From Octopus vulgaris (lineage: Eukaryota), in the NCBI GenBank assembly GCA_951406725.2, contig OX597816.1, forward strand, positions 98,208,001-98,272,000: 64,000 nt of DNA. The letters are read 5' to 3'. The notes under the pieces were generated by a model. The model made no database searches and was not told where the DNA came from. It worked only from the letters and a program-made list of their open reading frames with translations. The position numbers and the translations under genes were made by a program. Each line of letters opens with the position of its first letter. The stretch's first letter is position 1. Shown piece after piece: positions 1 to 15,806 of this stretch.

Positions 1-35
1 TGCACGTAGACGCACCGTGTGCAGCCAATCCGTCA

Positions 36-216
36 ACAGACAATTCGCCAACAGACAATTGGACAGTAAGTCGACATGCAGAATTATCGATCATGGAGTT
101 CTTCTAAACGGAACGAGGAGGCAGAAAGCTTTTATACAAAGGGTACGCCTATATTGTTGATAGAACCAACCGGTCAATTGTGCTATCTGTAAGTTGTCTG
201 TCGACGAATTGTCCGT
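36..216. mobile_element. MITE-like inverted-repeat element with subterminal ACAGACAATT repeats
   Basis: 36-66 ACAGACAATTCGCCAACAGACAATTGGACAG matches the reverse complement of 187-216; may be cut by the window edge. Confidence 0.5.
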
Positions 217-334
217 CTGACCACATGCGCACGCTCCCATGTGTGTTTATATATATATATATATATATATATACAAAATGGGACAAGAACGCAAAACATC
301 CGGACAACTTGGTGATACAAAAAGGGACAACAAA

Positions 335-369
<35 letters not shown>

Positions 370-440
370 AATGCATGTATATACATACATATATACATTT
401 AGCACGGCCACAGACTTAGGGTTGAAACAAATAAAAGAAG

Positions 441-474
<34 letters not shown>

Positions 475-3400
475 ATAGTCACACACACACAAATATGTAT
501 ATATGTAATAGATATACATAGTCACACATATACACATGCGTGTATGCGTGTAGGTCTTTGTCTGAGATTGTTTGTGAATGTATACATAAACACTGAAAGT
601 AAGACCGATAATTAACGAACGAATCATATAAATTGTAAAGGAAATAATATCTAGTATAGGGAAGTAAGAAAGTTTGAAATATAAGTATGATATATAGGTT
701 TATCGATATTTGTCACTCGTATTTACTGTCGACGTATAATAAATATCGACAAATGACCTAAGTTATTATCATAAACAACAATGCTATACGTATAAGACTT
801 TAATCGGCTAAAAGTCTAACAACTTCGGTAAATGTTAGGCTTCTCATAGTGCTGTTTGCTGGGTAAAAGAAATGTAGAACACGTAATAAAACATTTAAAT
901 GTAAAATATTTATATATATACTCATCGAGGGGATATTCTTAGGCTATGAAAGACTGCTACTGCTCTTAGATCTTCTAGTACTCTTAGACTGCTAATGCTC
1001 TTAGATCTAGTTTATTGAGTGGGCTGTTGCTATGTCATAGAAGCTGTGATCAGAATTTGTGTCTGGCTTTAATGTCATGGGGGACAGACATGGTCGATTG
1101 AACCTGACGTAGAGATGAAATAGATTGAATTATTGTTATTCCCATCGGCAGTGTGTGAGAGCGAGTGTTTTGGCTAGACACACGCAAACAAGCGATAATA
1201 GTGAATATGTATTGACGATTCCTGATCGGGAATTAGCTGAATGCATAACGTGCATGATGGCTCAATCCGACTCTTACGTCTACACACATAAGTTTAAAGA
1301 CACACCCACACACATATATATACATACATGCATGTATATATGTATATGTCTGACTGTCTCTATGAATGTATGTATGTTTGTATGTATGTCATTATTCACT
1401 TTTATTTCAACATTTCTTGCCATAGAGATCCTAATCTCCTTTATTGGAATATTAATATCAACAACAGGTTATATACGTTTTCTATATATGTATGTACGTA
1501 CGTATGTATGTATGTACGTATGTATGTATCCGTGCAGTTTTGTATGTTTTGTTTTATGTATGTATCCTCATGCATATAGTTGCATATCTAGACATGTTTA
1601 TATATACTTAAGTGATAAACTTTTGGAAAGTTTTACAGACTTTTACAGCTCCAGTGATGGATTGGAACTGTAGTGTTCGAATCAGTTTTCTCTTTTCTGG
1701 CCTTGAGAAGCCTAATTTCTCAAGATTTGCATTTAGCTAGTGTATTACGTATCCCAGAGCCCCAATAATTACAGGTATAAACCTGAAATTGTAATCTGGA
1801 TAGTGTACCTTCAGCTTTCTCAAAAGTTCAGTGTAGGTATTGCCATTTACATTGATCTTCAGCTTCATATTAATATCCGCTGGACAGCTGATTTCCACAA
1901 CAGTACACATTCTCTCTTCTCTATCCTAAATAATTATTCAGGTCTATTGTGTTTACATTTTACTGATGTTTTCATAGGGACACTCCATAAGAACTTTTTA
2001 TTGTGAGTGGCTATAGCTTCCACCTTACTGTGGGTTCGTATTTTTGTTCTCGGAGTCATCCTTTCTACAGATCTCGTTCTAGAGTGTCCTAGCTAGAACA
2101 TCATATCTCATCGGTAGATAATACCATGATGATATTTTTGGGCAACTGCTTATGATGTGTGTTATATCTTCGGTGTTAACTCAACAGAGTCTGCATCGGT
2201 AGTCCTATTTTACTGTTTTTCCTGCATCTCTCTACCATTTGTGCAACAGATATTTGGTTGATAATTCCTGTTCTAGATTGCAAACGCAACCTTTGAGAAT
2301 GAGTAATAGTAATCCGGTTGTTGGTCAATGATAGATTGCTTTGCTGATCAATGTTACTATCATCTCTGAGTTTCCTACTAACATGTCTATGCATGGACTT
2401 CTGCTCATATATATTTATCCACTCATCTGATGATGCGTTGAGGTAGAGTCGTGCGACTTCTTTAAGCATATATTTAAGGTTATCAGACATGGAATGCTGC
2501 TCAAGGACCTGCCTTCCAAGTCTTATGATGTTATCAGCCTCATGTATGCAAACTTGGTCAAGGGATGCGCTTCGACACTTGGTGATTAAAAGATGTTGCC
2601 GAACGGATATGAATAAACGTCCAATGGCATTTTGGATTGATGTTAAGCCTCTACCACCTCGTTTTAGTTTTTGATAGATGCGATCCAATTCACTGCTAAA
2701 GTGGAAATCACGTGCTTGTTAGCAGTTTCCGGGTTCTCACATCAGTGGCTCGGATCTCATCAAGCGTTCTATCAAGCAGCCCAAATGTTGGTATAAGTAT
2801 TGACACTGCAATCACATAGTCGGACACTTTTTTTATTGAATGCAGAGTGTTCTGAGGTCTAAATTTTCTTTATTCAGCTGTAATATTCTTTAGTAAAAAC
2901 ATGTTTTGTCACAGCTGGAATTGCAAAATATGATTTGTTCACACCTAAATGCCAGTAAAATTCCTCAGCAGAGATAGCGGATACAGTTTAGTCATTGAGG
3001 GAGATGTTGTTAGTCTGGTCTACAGTTTCCACCCTTTTCACAACCAAATAACAACATTGGACCAAACTCCAACCTTAAATCCTTTGAGAATGTTGTAACC
3101 AGGTCAAGGCTCTTTAAATCTCCTTCACATTTGTTGCATAATGTTTCAAGTTATCTACACAGTGGTGGTGTGCAATTTTGGTATTTCTGTTTCCTTGTGA
3201 AACAGTGAGAAATCCTCCAGACTTCCTTAACATGAATGACAAGGGGTTTACAAAGTGTATAAACAAAATCACAGAGAGGCTGTCCCCTAGGAATATACCT
3301 CTGCGATACTGTATACTATCAGAAATAATACAATTAACCTTTGTGTTTAATTTCAAGATGGTGGCCCACGATGAAATCAGGTCAGCTATAGCTTTGAGTA

Positions 3401-3958
3401 TGCTCACTGGAACTTTAGCATGATCAAGTGCCTCTAGCATCCATGAGTGGGGAACAGAGTCAAAGACTTTCTTGTAGTCTAGCCATATTGAAAACTAAGT
3501 TCCTCCTATGCTCTCGCACTTCTGACATCACAGTTGTGTTGATTAACAATTGATCGGCACATCTCCAGACACCCAACTGTCTATCCCCTTCTTTATTTTT
3601 GTTGGTGAGACTTATAGTGATTTGCTTCTTTGCACTCAATAAGCATCATCTTCCATATATCAGCAATTTTTTTCGCTGGGTTCAAAACCCATGATGGTAC
3701 TTTTTTTGTTGTTTCGGCTTTATTCACTTTTAGAATGTCATTCATGTATTGCTTTGCAATAGTAGACAGAGTAAATATACAGGAGTTAATTTTCCAAAAT
3801 GTGGGTTCATTACATTGCTGTAAATATTCAGCACCAATTTCGTTAACAGCTTTTTATACCGAATCTGCTGTTTTTTTTTTAGATATTTTGGTAGAGAATA
3901 CACTCACCTTGAGAGAGTACTTCAAAGCCAAAGTTATGTATGTATGTATATATGCATG

Positions 3959-4009
<51 letters not shown>

Positions 4010-4149
4010 CTCTTTGTATGTATGTATGTATGTATATATATTGGTTCATCCCTTAAATAATGCGGTTTTTTTTTTATTTCACGTAAAAGCCAAAGTAAAT
4101 TTTTCTCGGAAACTTTCAGTAAGGTCACATTTCACCGCTATATAATCCT

Positions 4150-5430
<1,281 letters not shown>

Positions 5431-5531
5431 AATAATAATAATAATACCATCACCACCACTACTACTACTACTACTAATAATAATAATAATAATACCACCA
5501 CCACCACCACCACCACCACTACTACTACTAC

Positions 5532-5758
5532 CTATTTCTTTATTACCCACAAGGGGCTAAACATAGAAGGGACAAACAAGGACAGACATAGGTATTCAGT
5601 CGATTACATCGAGCCCAGTGTGTAACTGGTACTTAATTTATCGACCCCGAAAGGATGAAAGGCAAAGTCGACCTCAGCGGAATTTGAACTCACAACGTAA
5701 CGGCAGACGAAATACCGCTAAGCATTTCGACCGGCGTGCTAACGACTCTGCCAGCTCG
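5532..5758 (-). mobile_element. tRNA-derived SINE family A (MetaSINE-like central domain)
   Basis: Minus strand CGAGCTGGCAGAGTCGTTAGCACGCC..GAGTTCAAATTCC..GTCGACTTTGCCTTTCATCCTTTCGGGGTCGATAAATTAAGTACCAG; many copies in the window. Confidence 0.85.
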
Positions 5759-6554
5759 TACTACCACAACAATAATCGTCGCAGTTGTGCTTGCTATTTA
5801 TCATGATCGTAGTAGGGGGGCAGTGATCAGTTACTCTAGCCAGTAATGTAGTTTGGCTGACAGGCACTATGGAATCTATTGAAATGTCACTAACTGCGAA
5901 ACGACGTGGTGCTGTCTCATCATTCACATTTTCGTTTTCGTTTATAATGTTGGGAACAAGGTTAATTTCAGATTTTTTAATAAAGTTGCAATCACTAACC
6001 TTCTTCCTATGTTCCACAAATGTTGCATGTTGGTGTAATTGCTTCGCAGTAAAATGATTTAATTCTGGACGCAGATCGTCCTAATATAATTTTTAATCGA
6101 TTCATATAGCCAACAGCGTTTTTTTCCACTTTTTGTAGCAGTTAAATAGATCAGTATTCAATTCATAACTCCAAGTGAAATGAATTTTGTATTTACGCTT
6201 TCTTCCGTAACAACAGCTAGAAAGAATCTGTTTACCTGTTGAGCTGTTGATTTCGTTCTGTTTTTTTGTTTGTGTTGTTGTTGATGTTCTGGTCAAACAT
6301 GTCTGTAGTAACTCTCTGCATGCTAAATTCAAGTTTCAGTTGAAATTCACTGCAGTCGTGAATAAAAGGCTCCCTCATTTAATTCATATGCATGTTTGTG
6401 TATATGTGTAAGCATATATATATATATACACACATATATACATAAATAAATTAGTCCCGATTTATAGCAGTATTTTCATCGAATATTTCTCACAAGAATA
6501 TTCAAAAATGGTATTATTCAACATATTTACAATAACTAGAAAGCTAATCGAAAC

Positions 6555-6629
<75 letters not shown>

Positions 6630-6639
6630 TATAATTATA

Positions 6640-6797
6640 GGGCCAGGCGTGGCTAAGTGGTAAGTATTTTGCTTGTCAACCACTTAGTTCCAGATTTATT
6701 GACTCTATTTGCCAAATGTTCCGTCGTGTACCGCGGGGCACACCGAAACTTTGTGAGTGGATTTGGTAGACGGAAAGTGACAAAAGCCCGTCGTATA
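6640..6797 (+). mobile_element. tRNA-derived SINE family B, partial
   Basis: GGCGTGGCTAAGTGGTAAG head and TTGTGAGTGGATTTGGTAGACGGAAA..AAGCCCGTCG body, shared with 11411-12040. Confidence 0.7.
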
Positions 6798-6974
6798 TAC
6801 ATACATACATACATACATACATACATACATACATACATACATACATACATACATGCATACATACATACATACATACACACACACACTCATATATATATAT
6901 ATATACATATACACACATACAGATTGTGTGAGAGAGAGATGGATGTTACATGTGTGTCCGTGTGCGTGTGATCA

Positions 6975-7370
6975 ACAGAAGAGGGCCAATCATTCTTCAT
7001 GACAATGCTTGAGCCCATGTGTCACTAATGACGCTCCAGAAGTTAAGGGAACTTGGGTACAAAGTTCTTCCAGTTCTCCCCTACCCAGCTTATTCCTCAG
7101 ACCTTTCTCCAACCGGTTACCCACATTTGAAGCGCCTCGATGGGTTCCTGCGAGAGAAAGAGTTCGAACCGATGCTTAAAGTGCGTTCATCATCTCCAGA
7201 ACTCCAGATTTTTATGCTAGCGGATTAAACGTACTTGTAATTCTTTGGCAAAAATGTGTTGATTTTAATGGTAATTACTTTGATGAATAAAACTTCCGTA
7301 TTGTTGAAAAATATATTGTGATGAATTTCATGTTTAAAAACGTTGCTTACTTTTTAACTCAGCCTGATAT
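6975..7370 (+). mobile_element. mariner transposase 3' remnant
   Basis: GPIILHDNA*AH..LQKLRELGYKVLP..AYSSDLSPTGY (equivalent to HPPYSPDLSPTDY); TIR-like end followed by TA at ~7368. Confidence 0.8.
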
Positions 7371-7551
7371 AAATATATACACGTATGTCTGTATTTATTT
7401 GAGGATTTGTTTGGATCATTGTTTTCTTTAACACTGATCTTTGTTACGTCATCGTATTTTGCAGGTTCAACCAAAGCTTTACATCAATACGGCCGCAAGA
7501 GATAAAAAGACTTGTATATCCATGATGCCTATGCATGCGTCTCTACAGACA

Positions 7552-7605
<54 letters not shown>

Positions 7606-8329
7606 TGTGTGTGCGCGTGTTTACATATAGTAGCAAGTTCACATATAGAAGCAAGTCTGTGGTAATACATCTATTGCCAAAGATTACTGTCCTTAGATAT
7701 GGCCAGAACAACTTATATTTCGTCCTTATATTTATCTCTAAGTGTTTCTTACATCTGGCTCGCTAATCTATATATTTTAACCTCCTCCTCTGCACCAAAA
7801 TTTTGATATGTTTCCCTTCTTCCTCTTTTTCCTTTTTTCCCTTTTTATATTTTTCCCTGTTTTTCTTTTTTACCATTTTCCCTTTATTTTATTTCTTAAC
7901 TCTTTTCCTCTTCCTTTTTGTTTTTCTCTGCGCAAGAAATTTTATTAAAGGATTAATCGTTTATTTATCGAATTATTCTTTCAAATACCCTTCTGGAAAC
8001 CATGTTATACATCTTTATCTTTCCAATGATACATTTATTTTTCTTTTTATTGCCCCTGCTCCACTCGTTTTTAGTTTGGCAGATTTTCTGATGTTATTCA
8101 GGCAGATATTATTTCTGAAGCGTATTTGTGCTTATCGTTATAGATTTAAATATCGACTGACGGGAATAAAATTTCATAACTATTCAAAGCATACGAAATA
8201 AATATATTCAAACTAACAACATTACTTTTTGTAATTATTGTTGTATACACACATTATATGCATACATTCAAACCTACATTAATATATACATACACACACA
8301 CATATAGTTAAAGAAGTGTATAAATACAT

Positions 8330-8364
<35 letters not shown>

Positions 8365-8850
8365 GTATTTATAAACAGATATATATAAGGAAATGTTAAT
8401 GTATAAATTTTATAATACAAGCAACAATTAAAATTGATATTACACCATGTTGTTTCTTCAAATTATCTCTTTCAAGAAAGTGATTTATAGTATACATACA
8501 TTCAGTTCACGAAATATACGTAAAATATATGCCACTAATTTATAATACAACAGTTAGTCTTGGAGTAAAGTGATATTATGAAACTCATATTATGTAATAG
8601 CGTAGAGTTTAACAAATATATCAAATGCATTGATAAATTTTACCACTGTTTAAGCGTTTGGTGGTCTTCTGTGAGTGTATGCGCGTATACACACAAACAG
8701 ATTTGGTCTAATGTAGAGCTTTCACACTTTCCATATTTACAGCTTTTCAGTTTGGTGAATATATTCAATTATAATCAAGTAACATACCAAATCCATATAT
8801 TTGACTCTGCTCTCAAGTCAAATAAATGCTTCATGTGTGTGTGTACGCGT

Positions 8851-8904
<54 letters not shown>

Positions 8905-9499
8905 GTACACACACACACACCCACATATAAATAATGCCGTAACTATATTAATATTTGACCCTTATTGTTAGCGAAAAAAATACTATATAAATATATGAGC
9001 CAGTTTCAATGGAGATTATATGATTTGATGCTCTCCAACTCGACTGTGAAAAAAATAGTATTACGTTTATTTGAGGGTGATAAATGATGTAAAAGTTACT
9101 CAGTAATTAGGTTTTGCACCAGCTGAACTATGAGTGAATGTATTACAACCGTATCAAGTCCTAGTTAAATTGCAATGTTTAATTTTAAACATTCAGGCAT
9201 CTGTTACTAGTGGTGACGGGTAAGAGTCTCTCGATCGTTCAACATTATACCAATAATTAAATTGGAATTATTTTGCAAATCTATATCGAAATTGACAATT
9301 TTGATTAACAACGGAGTACTTCAACATGCATTAATACATGTACAAATTAATACATTCACATTTCCCTCAACAAGAATATACTCAAAGCTAGCAGTTATAA
9401 TACATACACAAAACATATATAATTCTGAGTTGAATCAGTATGGCGTAAACAAAATTATTTGATGTGCTCTGCTAAAAGTGTTATTGATGAAATCGAATG

Positions 9500-9690
9500 T
9501 TGGTTTCAAATTTTCGCACAAGTTCGATTAATTCGAGGAAAAGAGTAGGTCGATTACGTCGAGCCCGGTTTTCAACTGGTACGTATTTAATTAACCCCGA
9601 AGGAAAAAAAATCGACAGTGGCATTTGAACTCAGCACATATAATTGGAATAAAATGTCCCCAGACATGTGACCTAAAGTAATAGATTTCT
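9500..9690 (-). mobile_element. Degenerate SINE family A
   Basis: GTCGATTACGTCGAGCCC..ACTGGTAC..ACCCCGAAGG..ATTTGAACTCAG. Confidence 0.6.
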
Positions 9691-10084
9691 GCTATCATAC
9701 GAAAAGGGTTGTATGTTCCCTTGAAAATATCTCACCAGTATTTTTGGTGAGATTATTGTAACTGTTATTCATGTTGGTGTCGTTGATTTTGCTTTTATCA
9801 GTCCAAATCAAGTGCCTGTATAGTAAAACGATAAGTAGTTTCGTAATAATGTGCATCCATTCTCACAACAGGGCCTTCTTCATCACATTCCTTGGTACAG
9901 ATGTTTTTGTTTAATTGTAATCTATCAAGTGAGCCAATTATTGTCTAGTTAGATTTTTGTTTTGTTTCATGTTTACATATAGGGAAGACAGAAATATGCT
10001 ATACAAAATTCATCAGTGTATATAGACAGATACATATATACATACATGCATACATACATACACAGACAATACAAGACAACAATG

Positions 10085-10445
10085 CTACAATACCACGTGG
10101 GTCCGCGTTCAGTACGCTTCGTGTCAACTTGAGCAAGAGCCTTCTACTAAAGCCTTGGAACAAGCAAATCCTTGCGCGTGGAATTGGTAGAAGGGAAGTG
10201 AAAGAACTCTTTCGTATATGAATGTGTTTGTGTGTGTCTGTTTGTCCACCCTCCACATCTTGACAACCGATGTTGATGTATATATATATGTCCCCGTAAC
10301 TTAACGGTTCAGCAAAAGTAACAAAACAAATACACTAAGTACTAGGTTTACAGAGAATAAGTCCTGAAGACAATTTCTTCGTCTAAAACCCTTTAAAGTG
10401 GTGCTCTAACATTGCCGCAGCCAAATGACTGAAATAAGTAAGAAA
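10085..10445 (+). mobile_element. SINE family B, degenerate near-full copy
   Basis: TTGAGCAAG..TTCTACTAAAGCC..GGTAGAAGGGAAGTGAAAGAA; tail CAAATGACTGAAATAAGTAAGA. Confidence 0.7.
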
Positions 10446-10469
10446 AAAAAATAAAGGAATAAAAGTATG

Positions 10470-11390
10470 TATACTGACATGGTCAATTTTGTTGGTGCAA
10501 TTTATGCACCTCCAGTATTTGGGGCGGCATCCTCTATATCAAAGAGGACAGCCGCCACCAGCCAGCATATATTTATTTCGGGGGCACCTCCTCAATTTTA
10601 TTTTGTAACGCGCAGGAATTCTTCTGTTTTTAGTGGCATTGTGGAATGGTGTTTTGCTTCTTCCTCTGTTGCAAAACGTACTTCTGTCGAAGCATCTTCC
10701 TCGTGTCAAATAGGTTTTCCTGTCCCATATTGGATTTTAATGCTATTTCACTTGCTGTTGCGTTGCTCGTTCCACTCTTTGTATTTTAATATTTAATGTT
10801 CTATAGATTACGGTTTTTTTGTCTGAGTTTCTTCTATTAGTTGTGGGGTGTTAAGGAAAATATTATTTTTTCTTCCTTAAGAAACCCTTTACAATTTTTA
10901 AATCGTCAATAGTTAAATGAATTAACTGCTTGGTTTGTTTCGCCGCCGAGGCGAAACCGTTGCCGCTTGGTTAGTCATTGTTCTTCTTGTTTGATTCTTC
11001 CTTTTCGTTTGTCTTTACTGTGTTCATGTCGGTGGTGACGTTGGCGGCGTTTTCAACACTTACTTTTTCCTTTTCTATGTTAGTGCTGGTGCTGTTCGTG
11101 ATGTTCGTACTTTTGTTGTTCAGAGGCAGGAAATCTTGGCTGTATTGGCCGCCAGAACAGCAACAGCCACTCCCCTCGATAGAGGAAGCCATTGAAAAAA
11201 CAAAATTTTTAATGGACAAAAAAATCCAAAATTCACCCCTAAGAGGGGTAAATTTTCAACAGAAGGACCCCTTCTGCACGCCAAAAGGGGTTCGGAAAAC
11301 AAAAACAAACAAAACAGTTTGAAAAAAGAAACAAAAATTCCAAACTCACGGAGCACTGAAAACACATCTTGACTCGCCAACAACTTTTTA
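10470..11390 (-). mobile_element. Putative decayed LINE 5'UTR and ORF1 (L1/Tx1-like)
   Basis: Higher-GC island; low-complexity N/T/K-rich ORF 10971-11219 continues through stops into TEVRFATEEEAK..GGAPEINICWLVAAVL. Confidence 0.35.
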
Positions 11391-11410
11391 CTCTTTTCAG
11401 TCTTTTACCC

Positions 11411-12040
<630 letters not shown>

Positions 12041-12800
12041 AGAGAAAAAGATGGCTATGGATGACTAAAAGTGATTTAAAACCGGAAACGGAGGCTATAA
12101 TCTGTGCTGTTCAAGAGCAGGAACTAAGAACGAATATACTACACATCAAAAAGTAATAAGTGCAGAATTTGTGGACAAAATAGTGAAACTGTATGGCATA
12201 TTACCAGTCAATGTATGCCACTAGCCCAGAAAGAATATAAGAGACGTCATGACAATATAGCAAGGATTCTCCATTGGAATTTTGCAACAAGTATGGACTT
12301 GACAGAACAACAAACTGGTACGAACATAAACCCGAAGTCATAATCGAAAATGATAATGCAAAGATCCTATAGGATTTTATGATTCAGTGCGACCATGAGA
12401 TAGAGGAAAGGAAGCCGGACATAGTGTTAATTAATAAAGAAAGTAAACAATACTGGATCATAGACATAGCAAGCTCAGCAGACAACAAGGTAAGCGGTAA
12501 GGAAGGACGAAAAGTTGATAAATATGACAGGCTAGCTTGGGAGTTTAAGAAGTTGAGGTCGATGAGAAAGGTTGCAGTAATACCAATAATTGTCGGAGTC
12601 TTAGGAACAGTGATTAAAAATCTTGAGAAGTACATGGAACAAATAGGGTTTGCAATTAGGGTGGAACACTTGCAGAAAACAGCACTGCTTGGAACCGCTG
12701 GAATACTCCGGATGGTGCACGAAAAAAAGGGTTGTCACCTTAGTTAACTGGTAGTGAACAGCTGTCACCGTAGTATATATAGTGTTAGAATCTATGCAGA
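12041..12800 (+). mobile_element. R4/Dong LINE 3' fragment (zinc knuckle and REL endonuclease), decayed
   Basis: LKPETEAIICAVQEQ, CRICGQNSETVWHITSQC, RRHDNIAR, RKPDIVL..IIDIA..KVDKY; ends in a (TAA)n tail. Confidence 0.85.
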
Positions 12801-12844
12801 TTATGAATGATAATAATAATAATAATAATAGATATGATAAATAT

Positions 12845-12875
12845 ATTGTTATTATTATTTTTATTATTATTATTA

Positions 12876-12951
<76 letters not shown>

Positions 12952-12964
12952 CATTATTATTATT
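12845..12964. repeat. (TTA)n microsatellite
   Basis: Read directly. Confidence 0.95.
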
Positions 12965-13220
12965 GATCAAGGATATTTTGAGCAGGATGGACTACTCAAC
13001 TTGAAGAAAATTTTAACTGGGCCTAACTTCTAAAGTCATGTGCTGCCTATCTTGATATGAGATGGTCACGTCGCGGACATATGATTGAGATGCATGTGTT
13101 TTGTGTATTCTCATCTGACGGGTAGTCACGATGGGTATACTGGGTTTCGTATATTTCACCCCGCTATCACGTTGATAGCATGCACTGCTCTCTCACTCAA
13201 TAATAAAAGTAATAATAATG
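12965..13220 (+). mobile_element. Probable LINE 3'UTR fragment with (TAA) tail
   Basis: Ends GCATGCACTGCTCTCTCACTCAATAATAA; lies between TAA-type tracts. Confidence 0.4.
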
Positions 13221-13227
13221 ATTTTAA

Positions 13228-13420
13228 TTTTTGGCACAAGGTCAACAATTTCGGGGGAAGAATTAGTCAATTCTATCGACTCTAGCGCTCAATTGATACT
13301 TAGTTTATCAACCCCGAAATGATGAGTGGCAAAGCCAGCCTCGGCGCAATTTGAAGTCAGAAGGTAAAGACGGACGAATTATAATTAGTCTGGCATGCTA
13401 ACAATTCTGCCAGCTCACCC
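13228..13420 (-). mobile_element. SINE family A variant
   Basis: TTTGGCACAAGG..TTTATCAACCCCGAAATGATGAGTGGCAAAG..TCTGCCAGCTC. Confidence 0.7.
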
Positions 13421-14664
13421 AATAATGTGTGTGTGTATGTATGTATGCATGCATGCATACACACATGATTATATTAACTGTTATCTACATAGTGAATGGT
13501 GGGGGCAGAGTGGAAAACGTAGGAGGGAGTTTTTATTGATTCTAATTTGGCGAGAAAATCTTAACTCTTGCTTCATGGAAGCGAGATTGAAATATATATT
13601 ATGAGAAATGGAAGTGCTTTTTGGTATTTGTCAAGGAGAGAAGAGGAAAGAAAGAGATGGGAATGAGATTCAACGAGTCTATAAAAGCCGGGGTAGAATT
13701 GGGAGACATATCAGTAGAAATAGTTATTTCATCGTTGGTAAACGATTCTGAGCGATGTTTGATGTATTTTCCAGAGCAGCGTATGAAATTTACTGACACT
13801 TGTACATTTGTGAGTGGTTCAATTAAATATAACATATTAAATATAACATATTCAATGTGGATTATCAATAATAGTAAAATACTATCGAATATGTTTCATG
13901 TCCAATGAAGACAAATCACCTCTTGTATCTCCAAGAAGGCATATTTAGTGCTACATGTATCACTTCATTTTAATTTTATTTTACAACTTTCAGTTAGTGT
14001 CTTGTTATATTTGTATACTGCCTTCGAATGTGTAGTACAAAGACTTTGGCCGTCAATGTTATTGAAGAGTAAATACTTTAGTAAATGCCAAATAATTAAG
14101 TCTCGTGAATTTAATATAATTTAAAACATTAAAAATGAATAAAAATATGCTAAATCTGATTTCCATAGTCGCCAACGCTGTCCATAATACAATGTCTATA
14201 TTTTCGAGAAAACGTTTGTAACAGGAATATAAATTAACCATGAAAGCATGACAGTTTATAATTGCAGTGATTCATCTCTACAAGAGTTCATTCTAAATAT
14301 AACCGGTCGAAAAAATCTGGCGCTGCATTGAATATCACTGATAAACATAACAAATATGAAAATCGAAAGGAGAGAAATTACATATGATATGTTTTTGCAA
14401 AGAAATCATATAAATTCTAGGACTAATTGCCAAGTTGTTATTGATCTTATCGATTCACAAACGCCCGACAAAATTATGCTTCATCTTACTTTTAAATTAC
14501 TTGGTCACATTTTCGCCATCGTGGATTTAATAAATAGATGTTTTAATGGTCATAGAATAAGCGTATTTGCATTATTCATTTAAATAAGTTAAGCATAAGT
14601 TTAATGTTATCATAATACTCTTGAATATTAGCAATGTATTTTGATTGAGCTATATTCAAGTATG

Positions 14665-14820
14665 TAGACGCAGTGTAATGGAATACTTAGGAGGCTTGTT
14701 CCCAACCACAATGTTTCTGTTTCGATTCCACTGCAAGACACATTGAGCAACAATTATTTTCTAAAGCCTCGTGTTGACCCTCAATGTGCAAGTGAAACTG
14801 GCTGAATGAAAATATAAGGC
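14665..14820 (+). mobile_element. Degenerate SINE family B head
   Basis: CCAACCAC..TTCGATTCCACTGC..TTGAGCAA..AAAGCCTCG. Confidence 0.5.
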
Positions 14821-14888
14821 CATCATTCAAAAACATTCAGTATAATGCGTTCAATCAATCAAGGCTATCCCTTTCACATTCTCTATAG

Positions 14889-15806
14889 ATGAGGGTCCTG
14901 GAGCCATTAATGCGGAATGTGAGGTTTCAAGTGGTACCTCGCCAGAACTAAACTGGTAGGCATCTGCGCCCGCTTATGCCGACGAGGACGGCGTGAGAGT
15001 ATCGGAACTCATTCAGGTCGATAAGAACTTGAGAAAAGGGACAAGCCAGTGAGGTTATTCTTCCCCAGTTGTACATCGAAAGGAAACTATATCTGAAAGT
15101 TACAGTGGAGATGGAAAAGTCCACATTGCGTCTGTCATCAAATACCTTCTGACTTCACAGCTATTCTCTGCTTCATTGGTTATCAAACAGGAGCGCTTGT
15201 GGTCTATAACATATTATGCCATAAAGTACTGGAACTCATCCCAAATTTTTTTTAAAACGTAGACTAGGGAACACACAAAGCTCAAGATTTGTGCTATAAG
15301 GTGCACTAATAAACCTGATGATATTCATGGCGTAATAGGAGAATATTGACACTCAAGAAGAGGTCCCTAAGTTAATCTCATTCAATGCTGAATTTGAATG
15401 CATGGAAAATCTACCCAGTAATGTGGGAAGATCCGAGTACAAAGGCCAACTATATGCATTTAAATTATTTCCCAAAATTGCTTCAGTATTTCATGGAGAT
15501 GGAGTCACTCGATTTCAGAATTCAAAGAAAATGCAAGTAAACCATTTCGTTGTTCTTTCTTAGATTTCGACCACGTGCACTTACACACAAGTGGGGAGTG
15601 TAAATGCACGTGACTGAGATAGCTCAGGAAGCAGTGTCACCTGCTCACTGACCACAGTTAGCAACTTTTGGATATGAACCATCGCCGAGAACAAAATTTC
15701 TAACAAGCGCATCTTAAAGTTCGTTTGTGGTGACATTGACATCGACGCATCGCTAACTCACCCCGAAATGGTTGAGGACGCGCTGGCTATGCGTCCTTTC
15801 CGCTAA
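14889..15806 (+). pseudogene. Disrupted coding-like island with cadherin-repeat-like motifs
   Basis: Acceptor ttctctatag, then DEGPGAINAECEVSSG; VD(fs)RE..CAIRCT; IDTQEEVPKL..FECMENLP; VGSVNARD*DSSGSSVTCSL; TIAEN..ILKFVCGDID; several stops and frameshifts. Confidence 0.4.

Noticed and set aside
950-1010. CRISPR-like short repeats (TRCTCTTAGA x3)
   Set aside because: Irregular micro-duplication without spacers, in eukaryotic context
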